A DNA stretch of 46,437 nt from positions 1 through 46,437 of IMG/VR virus record IMGVR_UViG_3300032225_001531, one strand, 5' to 3'. This DNA comes from a virus. Taxonomy: Duplodnaviria; Caudoviricetes. Positions 8,015 through 14,946 of the stretch are shown here, piece after piece (within the stretch, counting starts at the first letter, position 1; each line of letters opens with the position of its first letter). The notes beneath the pieces are model-generated. The model had not been told where the DNA came from, did not search any database, and saw only the letters and a program-made list of their open reading frames with translations. The translations under genes and the position numbers were made by a program.

Positions 8015-8091
8015 GTGTAGGTAGCATAATTGGTTAATGCCCTTGACTGTGAATCAAGGTAATGCGAGTTCAAATCTCGTCCTACACCCCA
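8015..8091 (+). tRNA. tRNA-His(GTG)
   Basis: cttga-CTGTGAA-tcaag, C73, CCA. Confidence 0.9.
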
Positions 8092-8094
8092 AAT

Positions 8095-8166
8095 GCCCAT
8101 ATAGTTCAGTGATAGAACGCATTCTTGGTAAGAATGAGGTCGTGAGTTTGATTCTCACTATGGATT
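8095..8166 (+). tRNA. tRNA-Thr(GGT), degenerate/possible pseudogene
   Basis: Loop TTGGTAA intact, but D-loop GG->GA, T-loop TTC->TTT and C2:A71 mismatch. Confidence 0.7.
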
Positions 8167-8168
8167 CC

Positions 8169-8242
8169 GTCTAGGTGGCAGAGTGGTCGAATGCGGAAGT
8201 CTGCAAAACTTCTTATCGTGGGTTCGAATCCCACCCTAGACT
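8169..8242 (+). tRNA. tRNA-Cys(GCA)
   Basis: gaagt-CTGCAAA-acttc, U73. Confidence 0.92.
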
Positions 8243-8268
8243 CTTGATTCTTTATGAATCATATTTAA

Positions 8269-8342
8269 TCCCAGATAGACAAATTGGTAAAGTCACCTCA
8301 CTTTGAATGAGTTTTTTGGAGGTTCGACCCCTTCTCTGGGAG
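8269..8342 (+). tRNA. tRNA-Gln(TTG)
   Basis: TCCCAGA/TCTGGGA, loop CTTTGAA, G73. Confidence 0.87.
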
Positions 8343-8346
8343 CCTT

Positions 8347-8420
8347 GCCCGATTGATGGAATTGGTATACATACTTGTCTTAGAAACAAGGTTTTACAGG
8401 TTCAAGTCCTGTATCGGGTA
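8347..8420 (+). tRNA. tRNA-Leu(TAG) with short variable loop
   Basis: cttgt-CTTAGAA-acaag, A73. Confidence 0.87.
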
Positions 8421-8536
8421 TTCCACTGGACGCAGTGGAAAGGTGTATGTAAAATTGTACAGTTTTATATGAACCTCTGAAGTATTGCAAATGGTTCAAT
8501 TCCTTAACTCTGGAGAGGTTGGAATACTTCATAAAT

Positions 8537-8616
8537 GCCCCTGTGGTGAAATTGGTAAACACAGTTGATTCAAAATCAACCACTTCGGTTTGTCGGTTCA
8601 AGTCCGACTGGGGGCA
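8537..8616 (+). tRNA. tRNA-Leu(CAA)
   Basis: gttga-TTCAAAA-tcaac, variable arm with TTCG loop. Confidence 0.9.
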
Positions 8617-8639
8617 TTGGATTTTATATCCAAACATAT

Positions 8640-8715
8640 GCAGGAATAGTGCAGTGGTCTAGCATCCTTCTCTCCAAAAGAAGAGACCTCAGTTCAAATC
8701 TGAGTTCCTGTGCCA
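8640..8715 (+). tRNA. tRNA-Trp(CCA)
   Basis: cttct-CTCCAAA-agaag, G73, CCA. Confidence 0.9.
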
Positions 8716-8716
8716 T

Positions 8717-8791
8717 GCCCTGGTAACTCAGTGGAAGAGTGCTTCGCTACGAACGAAGAAGACGGGGGTTCAAATCCCTCTCAGGGTGCCA
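8717..8791 (+). tRNA. tRNA-Arg(ACG)
   Basis: cttcg-CTACGAA-cgaag, CCA. Confidence 0.9.
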
Positions 8792-8823
8792 CAATCTAAA
8801 TAACAAGAGGTGCAACAAAGGCA

Positions 8824-9294
8824 ATGGAATCCATAGAACCACATAGCGTAATATTGGTTCTAAACAGTTCTTATGAACCATTACATTTTACTAACTGGAA
8901 ACGAGCAATTAATCTTTTATTTAAAGAAAAGGCTCGATTTATTAGTAAACGTGTAATTCGTTTAGTCAATTATGTAAGAATTCCTTTCAATTATGGTAGA
9001 GACTCTTATCCAACAAGAGCCTTGATTTACAAAAGGGATGATCATGAGTGTCAATACTGTGGATCCAAAAAAGATCTTACAATTGACCATGTGATTCCTC
9101 GTTCCAGGGGTGGACAGGACACATGGGAAAACCTTGTTGCTTGTTGTACCAAATGTAACTTAAAAAAAGGAAGTCAAATGCTTTCTGAAATTAGCATGAC
9201 TTTAAAGAGAAAACCAGTAGCACCTTTCAATAGGATATATCTGGGACTTCAAAAAAGTAAAATTTCAGAATGGCAGGAGTACGTAATTGCTTAA
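8824..9294 (+). CDS. HNH endonuclease (McrA/HNH_5-like)
   Basis: RDDHECQYCG...TIDHVIPRSRGG...WENLVACCTKCNLKK. Confidence 0.92.
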   Translation: MESIEPHSVILVLNSSYEPLHFTNWKRAINLLFKEKARFISKRVIRLVNYVRIPFNYGRDSYPTRALIYKRDDHECQYCGSKKDLTIDHVIPRSRGGQDTWENLVACCTKCNLKKGSQMLSEISMTLKRKPVAPFNRIYLGLQKSKISEWQEYVIA

Positions 9295-9322
9295 GGACGG
9301 TTTCAGAACTGTCACAAAGAGG

Positions 9323-9351
9323 TTGACTAATCATCGACTTTCTGGTATTCT
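9323..9351 (+). promoter_or_regulatory. sigma70-like promoter for tRNA-Val, CAGCAA elements and the DUF2828-like gene
   Basis: TTGACT-17-TATTCT with TG extended -10. Confidence 0.7.
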
Positions 9352-9383
9352 TTAGGGGTGGTTGAGAGATCACCCAACTAATC

Positions 9384-9456
9384 GGGAGATTAACTCAGTG
9401 GTTAGAGTGTCTGCTTTACACGCAGAAAGTCCACAGTTCGAATCTGTGATTTCCCA
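9384..9456 (+). tRNA. tRNA-Val(TAC)
   Basis: tctgc-TTTACAC-gcaga. Confidence 0.92.
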
Positions 9457-9472
9457 TACACCTTCGGGTGTT

Positions 9473-9532
9473 AAGATGAGACAGCAACTAAATGCACTAG
9501 TCGTTTAAACTAAAAAGCAAAAAACTCATCTT
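9473..9532 (+). ncRNA. CAGCAA hairpin element 2
   Basis: AAGATGAG/CTCATCTT stem, ACAGCAA, inner tagt-CGTTTAA-acta. Confidence 0.72.
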
Positions 9533-9540
9533 GCTCAACA

Positions 9541-9593
9541 AAGTTGATACAGCAATCTAAAAATTGTTATATCAAAACAACACAAATCAACTT
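9541..9593 (+). ncRNA. CAGCAA hairpin element 3 (5' UTR, abuts RBS)
   Basis: AAGTTGAT/ATCAACTT stem, ACAGCAA, inner ttgtt-ATATCAA-aacaa; GGAG at 9594. Confidence 0.75.
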
Positions 9594-9605
9594 GGAGAAA
9601 ACATC

Positions 9606-11069
9606 ATGACTTTCATTACTGCTCTCGAATCTGAAATGAATGATACCGTGACTGAAAACGGTGCAAAATCTTATAAATCCACACTGAACAAGTGTCTGGA
9701 TCTGTTTGGAAAAATTGCTGCTTGCCGTAGCGATTTGAATACCGCGCAAAAACTCTTCGCTCATGCGTATGCAGAGAATCCTGAGACTGCGACTCGTATT
9801 CTATTCTGGGCACGGGATATTCGTGGTGGACAGGGAGAACGTGCTGTTTTCCGTCAACTGTTCAAGTATCTTGTTGAGGACAATGGTGAAATCGGTGCAA
9901 AACTGGTTTCTCTGGTTCCTGTTTATGGACGTTGGGATGACTTGCTTGTGTTGGAGAATACTTCTGCATGGGAAACTGTGTTGAATGGAATTCAAAATCA
10001 ATTGAACATTGATCGCATCTCTTACAAGGCAGGAGAATCTGTTTCTCTGCTTGCGAAGTGGTTGCCTTCTATCAATGCTTCTAGCAAGGATACCAAGCGT
10101 CTTGGTCGTAAGATTGCAACATATCTTGGACTGAGTGAGCGTGAGTATCGTAAGATTCTGAGCAATTTGCGTACTCATATCAACGTCGTTGAAAAAGCGA
10201 TGTGCTCCAAAGAGTGGTCTGCAATCGACTACTCCAAAGTACCTTCTCGTGCCGCTTTCATGTATCGTAAGGCATTTGCAAAGCAAGACAGCACTCGTTA
10301 TCAAGAGTATCTAAATGCTGTTGCGAAAGGTGAAGCAAAGATCAATGCTTCGACTCTCTATCCTTATGATATTGTTGATCAATATCTATACCGGGGTGCT
10401 CGTAACGACAAAACTATCGACTTGCAGTGGGAAGCACTTCCTAACTACATGGAAGGTGTGGAGTTCAACGGACTTGTTGTTGCAGACGTTTCTGGTTCTA
10501 TGATGGGTCGTCCTATGGCAGTCTCTATCTCTCTGGCAATGTATATTGCAGAACGTAATACTGCCGAAGTGTGGAAGAACAAGTTCCTCACTTTCTCAGC
10601 AAAACCAGAACTTCAATCTATCGTTGGTTCTACCATCGGTAAGCGGATTGATAATCTTTCCCGTGCAGCATGGCAGATGAATACTGACCTAGTTGCAGTA
10701 TTCAAGACTGTTCTTGATGCTGGTGTAAAGAATAATGTTCTTGCCCAGGATATGCCTCAGAAACTGATCATTGTTTCAGACATGCAGTTTGACCAGGCCT
10801 GCCGCTCTAACAACAGAAGTAACTTTGAGCAAATTCAAAAACTCTACCGCAAGGCAGGGTATGAAATGCCCCAATTGGTCTTCTGGAATGTGAATGCTTA
10901 TGCTGATGTTCCTATTCAGGCACATGACACTGGTACTTGTCTAGTGTCCGGTTGTAGTCCTTCTATTCTGAAGTCTATTCTGACTGATAGTGTTCTGACA
11001 CCAGTTGACACGATGAACGATGCGGTGTATGATGAACGTTATGCACCAATTGGTGAAGTGTTCGCCTGA
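9606..11069 (+). CDS. DUF2828-like protein (TROVE/Ro60-like helical region + vWA domain)
   Basis: TENGA, LDLF, RDIRGGQGER, YGRWDDL, AKWLPS, IDYSKVPS, MIDAS DVSGSM, IVSDMQFD, VFWNV; ATG 9606 with GGAG SD. Confidence 0.8.
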   Translation: MTFITALESEMNDTVTENGAKSYKSTLNKCLDLFGKIAACRSDLNTAQKLFAHAYAENPETATRILFWARDIRGGQGERAVFRQLFKYLVEDNGEIGAKLVSLVPVYGRWDDLLVLENTSAWETVLNGIQNQLNIDRISYKAGESVSLLAKWLPSINASSKDTKRLGRKIATYLGLSEREYRKILSNLRTHINVVEKAMCSKEWSAIDYSKVPSRAAFMYRKAFAKQDSTRYQEYLNAVAKGEAKINASTLYPYDIVDQYLYRGARNDKTIDLQWEALPNYMEGVEFNGLVVADVSGSMMGRPMAVSISLAMYIAERNTAEVWKNKFLTFSAKPELQSIVGSTIGKRIDNLSRAAWQMNTDLVAVFKTVLDAGVKNNVLAQDMPQKLIIVSDMQFDQACRSNNRSNFEQIQKLYRKAGYEMPQLVFWNVNAYADVPIQAHDTGTCLVSGCSPSILKSILTDSVLTPVDTMNDAVYDERYAPIGEVFA

Positions 11070-11083
11070 TATATGATGGGGGG

Positions 11084-11112
11084 TTGACAATCTCTTCCCC
11101 CTCTGCTAAGAT
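11084..11112 (+). promoter_or_regulatory. sigma70-like promoter for the downstream CAGCAA RNA cluster
   Basis: TTGACA-17-TAAGAT with TG extended -10; predicted start about 11118-11119, the first base(s) of element 4. Confidence 0.75.
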
Positions 11113-11117
11113 GATTA

Positions 11118-11162
11118 AAGATGGTTCAGCAATTCAAAATTCTGGCGAATAAAAACCATCTT
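11118..11162 (+). ncRNA. CAGCAA hairpin element 4
   Basis: AAGATGGTT/AACCATCTT, CAGCAA, inner attc-TGGC-gaat. Confidence 0.75.
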
Positions 11163-11169
11163 GATTCAC

Positions 11170-11282
11170 GGGAGAGTAGCTCAGTAGGTAGAGCACTGGA
11201 TAAAATACATCGAGTTAATTTGATGTTAACAGCAACCATAAATACAACCCGAATGTCGTAAGTTCAAGTCTTACCTCTCCCA
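11170..11282 (+). ncRNA. tRNA-like RNA A with CAGCAA module replacing the anticodon loop
   Basis: GGGAGAG/CTCTCCC acceptor, canonical D and T arms; insert has acatcga/ttgatgt hairpin + ACAGCAA (11229). Confidence 0.8.
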
Positions 11283-11286
11283 CTTA

Positions 11287-11338
11287 TAGATGATTCAGCA
11301 ATCAAAAACTTCTTATGTAAAAAGAAAAAAATCATCTA
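11287..11338 (+). ncRNA. CAGCAA hairpin element 6
   Basis: TAGATGATT/AATCATCTA, CAGCAA, inner ttctt-ATGTAAA-aagaa. Confidence 0.78.
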
Positions 11339-11343
11339 GTTTC

Positions 11344-11463
11344 ACCAAGATAGTATAATGGTAGTACGCTTAAAAATCGGTTATCTTGTAAAAGATACGG
11401 ACAGCAATTACTAATAATCCATCAGTAAAGGAGGAAGTCTAGGTTCGATTCCTAGTCTTGGTA
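11344..11463 (+). ncRNA. tRNA-like RNA B with CAGCAA module replacing the anticodon loop
   Basis: ACCAAGA/TCTTGGT acceptor, D arm, ctagg-TTCGATT-cctag T arm; insert tatctt-GTAA-aagata + ACAGCAA (11401). Confidence 0.8.
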
Positions 11464-11464
11464 T

Positions 11465-11512
11465 TAGGTAATTCAGCAATTAATTTCTTATGTTAAAGAA
11501 AAAAATTACCTA
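11465..11512 (+). ncRNA. CAGCAA hairpin element 8
   Basis: TAGGTAATT/AATTACCTA, CAGCAA, inner tttctt-ATGTTA-aagaaa. Confidence 0.75.
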
Positions 11513-11525
11513 GATAAATAAACCT

Positions 11526-11581
11526 AAGATAAATCAGCAACACAATAGGATACTTTGGTTCGATTCCAAAAAATTTATCTT
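11526..11581 (+). ncRNA. CAGCAA hairpin element 9 (displays a T-arm)
   Basis: AAGATAAAT/ATTTATCTT, CAGCAA, inner tttgg-TTCGATT-ccaaa. Confidence 0.78.
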
Positions 11582-11587
11582 GAATAA

Positions 11588-11659
11588 CGTGGGGAAGTGT
11601 ACCGGTTGCACAAGAGTCTCATAAACTCTAGGTAGGTGGTTCAATTCCACCCCCCGCCA
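11588..11659 (+). tRNA. tRNA-Met(CAT), second initiator-like, atypical
   Basis: C1:C72 mismatch, agagt-CTCATAA-actct. Confidence 0.78.
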
Positions 11660-11667
11660 TTTAGTAT

Positions 11668-11739
11668 GCCCTTGTAGCTCAGTGGTAGAGCAACGGTTTT
11701 GTAAACCGTTGGTCGTCCGTTCAAATCGGATCGGGGGCT
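11668..11739 (+). tRNA. tRNA-Thr(TGT)
   Basis: acggt-TTTGTAA-accgt. Confidence 0.92.
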
Positions 11740-11775
11740 TGACAAATTTAATATTTGTCTTATAATGATTCATAT

Positions 11776-11847
11776 GCGGAATTAGTTCAGTGGTAGAACG
11801 CTATCCTTCCAAGTTAGATGTCACCGGTTCAAGTCCGGTATTCCGCT
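11776..11847 (+). tRNA. tRNA-Gly(TCC)
   Basis: GCGGAAT/ATTCCGC, loop CTTCCAA; own TTGACA/TATAAT promoter 11739-11766. Confidence 0.92.
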
Positions 11848-11906
11848 TCCCTATAAAATCTAGGGAGTCTAAATAACCTTCGTAGTTATAATTCTTAATA
11901 ATCTTT

Positions 11907-12791
11907 ATGAAAATCAATTCTATTCTTTCTGCAACTGCACTTGTTGCCATTTCCTTTGCTTCTCCAGCAATGGCACAAGTAGTAAATGTTGGTCAATTGA
12001 CTGATGTTCAACCTACTCAATGGTCTTATCAGGCGATTTCCAATCTTGTTTCTCGTTATGGATGTGTTGCAGGATACCCTAATGGCACTTTCCGATCAGA
12101 TCAACATGCTACTCGTGACGAACTTGCGGCATTGACTAGTGCTTGCCTTGATAACATCACTCAATTCTATACAGAAGCAGATGCTCGTTCTGCTGCTGCA
12201 CTTCGCGCAGAGTTCTCTCGTAAATTCAAATCTACTAATGCTCGCGTAACTGCCCTTGAAGTTGTTTCTGCTCGTAAGGCACAAGGAGTTGGCAATTATC
12301 TGGGTGCAGGCGTCCTCCTGAACCGTCAGGGTGTCGCTGGTAACGGTTATGAAGAAACTCGCACTGTTCTTGGTGGAACGATTCAATCACGTTACGCTGT
12401 AAAGACTTTCAGTAATCAGAATGCTGTTTCTGTTCGCCCCTACGTTAACTTCGTAGGCACCCCTGCTGGTGAGATTGGTGCTGGCGGTGGTGCTCTTCTG
12501 TCTTATGATTGGAGTGTTGCCCGTGCCAAGAGTGGAGTAAGCAAAGCAAATATTTACACTGGAGTTGGATATCAAATTCCTTTCGTAAATAACACTGATG
12601 CTAACTTCCAATCTGCCGTTGGTTCAAAAGGTCAAGCAGTCTTTGCTGTTGGTCTTGAAGGTCGTCTAACTAACTCTCTGGTTGGTTTTGCTGATGTTAA
12701 ATTCCCAACTACGAATGCTGCAACTAGTTATGATGTAAATTGCGGCACCTATAGTCCTGTTGCCACAGTTGGACTCGGATTCAAGTTCTGA
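11907..12791 (+). CDS. SLH-domain outer-membrane protein (cyanobacterial Som/porin-like N-terminus)
   Basis: Signal peptide; DVQPTQWSYQAISNLVSRYGCVAGYPNGTF...TRDE SLH motif; C-terminal GLGFKF beta-signal. Confidence 0.82.
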   Translation: MKINSILSATALVAISFASPAMAQVVNVGQLTDVQPTQWSYQAISNLVSRYGCVAGYPNGTFRSDQHATRDELAALTSACLDNITQFYTEADARSAAALRAEFSRKFKSTNARVTALEVVSARKAQGVGNYLGAGVLLNRQGVAGNGYEETRTVLGGTIQSRYAVKTFSNQNAVSVRPYVNFVGTPAGEIGAGGGALLSYDWSVARAKSGVSKANIYTGVGYQIPFVNNTDANFQSAVGSKGQAVFAVGLEGRLTNSLVGFADVKFPTTNAATSYDVNCGTYSPVATVGLGFKF

Positions 12792-12816
12792 TAGTATAGA
12801 CGAATAAAATTAGATC

Positions 12817-12842
12817 ATCCCCCTCTTTAGGGGGATTTTTTT
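12817..12842 (+). terminator. Rho-independent terminator followed by late promoter TATAAATA (12842)
   Basis: atccccct-cttt-agggggat + T run. Confidence 0.8.
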
Positions 12843-12860
12843 ATAAATACTTAAAAAGAT

Positions 12861-13022
12861 ATGAATATAAAACTTTGGTATTGTAACTCTATGAAACAAT
12901 GGCGTTGGACATTAACTGATACTTCTCGTACAATTATCAAGCAAGAATCTGGACAACAATCAGATTTAAGAGTTGCCATGAACGATATTGCAAATACTGT
13001 TGAATATATGTTGAACAATTGA
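12861..13022 (+). CDS. Small hypothetical protein (53 aa; not in ORF track)
   Basis: MNIKLWYCNSMKQWRWTLTD...VEYMLNN*, after a late promoter. Confidence 0.6.
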   Translation: MNIKLWYCNSMKQWRWTLTDTSRTIIKQESGQQSDLRVAMNDIANTVEYMLNN

Positions 13023-13055
13023 TATACTTATAAATACTTCAAAAGTATTAATGTA

Positions 13056-13646
13056 ATGGAAAAATTATATAAACTCATTAGTGATATACAGGCAAATCTT
13101 TTTGTTCTTTTTCATAAGACATGGGTTTTTCATTGGAATGTTGTAGGTATGGATTTTCAACAACTTCATACTTTATTTGGTGGTCAATATGAAGCAATGA
13201 TTGAAGAGATTGATCGCATTAGTGAGCATATGCGTTATATGAATGTTCGCCCAATCGGAACTCTTACAAGAATGGTTGAAGTGGCAACCATTGGCGAAGG
13301 ATCTAATACATCCCAAATTGATGAAATGGGACAAAAGCAAATTATTCCTGGGAAACCAATTACAAAATCAGACGAAATGATTAAGCGTTTGCTTGTTGAT
13401 AATATTACATTAATTGAATTACTTACTGCTTTATCTGAAGAGGCAGAATCGCAAAGGCAATATGCGACAGCAAATCTATCTCAAGACTTGATGGAATCTC
13501 ATGGCAAATTTGTTTGGCAATTGAGAGCATTTACAGAAAAAACTGCTAAACTTTCAATCGAAGATTCTGAAATAACACCAATTCAAGTTCCAGAAGAACA
13601 ACCAGTAGATCCATATCAAGTACAACCATTTGTACAACAACAATAA
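13056..13646 (+). CDS. dps: Dps family DNA-protection/ferritin-like protein
   Basis: FHWNVVG..F..LH..F...YE...EIDRISEH ferroxidase motifs. Confidence 0.88.
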   Translation: MEKLYKLISDIQANLFVLFHKTWVFHWNVVGMDFQQLHTLFGGQYEAMIEEIDRISEHMRYMNVRPIGTLTRMVEVATIGEGSNTSQIDEMGQKQIIPGKPITKSDEMIKRLLVDNITLIELLTALSEEAESQRQYATANLSQDLMESHGKFVWQLRAFTEKTAKLSIEDSEITPIQVPEEQPVDPYQVQPFVQQQ

Positions 13647-13672
13647 ATCTCATTAATTGAATTGATAATAAA

Positions 13673-13930
13673 ATGGAAAATTTACGAATTCGTTGCAGAG
13701 TGTGCAACAAAGAAATAGAAGGACATCTTGAAAAAACAATTTCTTGCGGATGTCCGAATATGGCATCTATTTGTGGAAATAAGATCACGGCAGTTGACCT
13801 ATCTAATATTGTTATGCTAACTTCTGCTCATGTAAAAGTAAAATCGAGTATTCTTACAAATGAAGATATTGCTTGGCAGGAAGAGAGAAGAAAAAGAAAG
13901 GTAAGACGTTTGGATTTTGAAGTTCGTTGA
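13673..13930 (+). CDS. Small Cys-rich (Zn-binding) hypothetical protein
   Basis: CRVC...CGC. Confidence 0.7.
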   Translation: MENLRIRCRVCNKEIEGHLEKTISCGCPNMASICGNKITAVDLSNIVMLTSAHVKVKSSILTNEDIAWQEERRKRKVRRLDFEVR

Positions 13931-14012
13931 GAACTTTATTGTTATAATGAATACAAAACTCCAATCTCAAAATCTTTATAATACTAATTAGTAACAGTAC
14001 GATACAAAACAA

Positions 14013-14162
14013 ATGGATTCTCATACCTTTAACAATTGGGTTAAGATTAAAGAAACATTTGAAAAGTCTGGAAATACTAATAATCAATTTTATAAGAGAG
14101 CATGTGCTATAATTAAGACTGGTAAAGATCCAATGGAAAACTTTTTTGATGGTAAGAAATGA
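14013..14162 (+). CDS. Small hypothetical protein (49 aa; not in ORF track)
   Basis: MDSHTFNNWVKIKETFEKSGNTNNQFYKRAC...; ATGA overlap with the next ORF. Confidence 0.6.
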   Translation: MDSHTFNNWVKIKETFEKSGNTNNQFYKRACAIIKTGKDPMENFFDGKK

Positions 14163-14308
14163 CGCCTGATGAAATTGAGAAACTTATAGATAGCAAAATA
14201 TTATCACATGAAGTTCGTGTTGGATGGATTAGTGGTATTATTGGATCACTATTTACTTTTGGAATTATACATTCAATTTGGTTGATAAAACAATCGTTGG
14301 TGGGTTGA
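14159..14308 (+). CDS. Small membrane protein (49 aa; not in ORF track)
   Basis: MTPDEIEKLID...HEVRVGWISGIIGSLFTFGIIHSIW. Confidence 0.6.
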   Translation: MTPDEIEKLIDSKILSHEVRVGWISGIIGSLFTFGIIHSIWLIKQSLVG

Positions 14309-14454
14309 CGGGGTGGGGTCGCTGTGGTATGATAGATACATCACCGGGGCGTACTATAGTCTTAGAATGTTTCCCCTGATAACCAGTTTTCTAACTGGTA
14401 CACTTGACATAAAAATCAAATCACCCTATAATAACAAGGCAACAAATCAAAACA

Positions 14455-14670
14455 ATGTCTCTGATCACTAAGTTTAAGAAAGATATCGGCACTCTCCGTG
14501 CATCTGCAAATGGAGATTTTCTTCTTGATGTAAAGAATCCAAAACTGTATAAAAAGGTTCGTCGATACTATCAAAATGAAGGAGTAATTTTCTCTGATGA
14601 TCCTCTTGATAATTATGACATTCTAATTGAATGTATTGCTCAAGATCTTGAAACCGCAGAAGTTGTATGA
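14455..14670 (+). CDS. Hypothetical protein
   Basis: 71 aa; consensus TTGACA-17-TATAAT promoter at 14404-14432. Confidence 0.7.
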   Translation: MSLITKFKKDIGTLRASANGDFLLDVKNPKLYKKVRRYYQNEGVIFSDDPLDNYDILIECIAQDLETAEVV

Positions 14671-14921
14671 GGATAAAAGTTTTACTTGAACGGGAAGGTT
14701 ATCGTTTCGTTGAGAAAGGTATTATCGAACTCAACGGTATGCCTGATTACCGTCTACAAAAACAGAACTACTACACTAAGCACTGGAACGACATCTATTT
14801 ATTCGATAATTCTATGCAGTGTTCTACTGCAATGGAGGATATTGAGTACGCAAAATGGTTGGATCCCGATAGAGTTCCTTGTTATGTGAAGGATGATGAT
14901 GAAGACCCGGATAGTCTATAA
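14667..14921 (+). CDS. Hypothetical protein
   Basis: 84 aa, ATGA-coupled. Confidence 0.7.
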   Translation: MRIKVLLEREGYRFVEKGIIELNGMPDYRLQKQNYYTKHWNDIYLFDNSMQCSTAMEDIEYAKWLDPDRVPCYVKDDDEDPDSL

Positions 14922-14946
14922 CAGCACTGGTCGGAGTAACTCCCTT

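Noticed and set aside
9564-9605. TTG start at 9564 for the DUF2828-like gene
   Set aside because: It lies inside element 3; ATG 9606 has a GGAG SD and gives a more plausible N-terminus.
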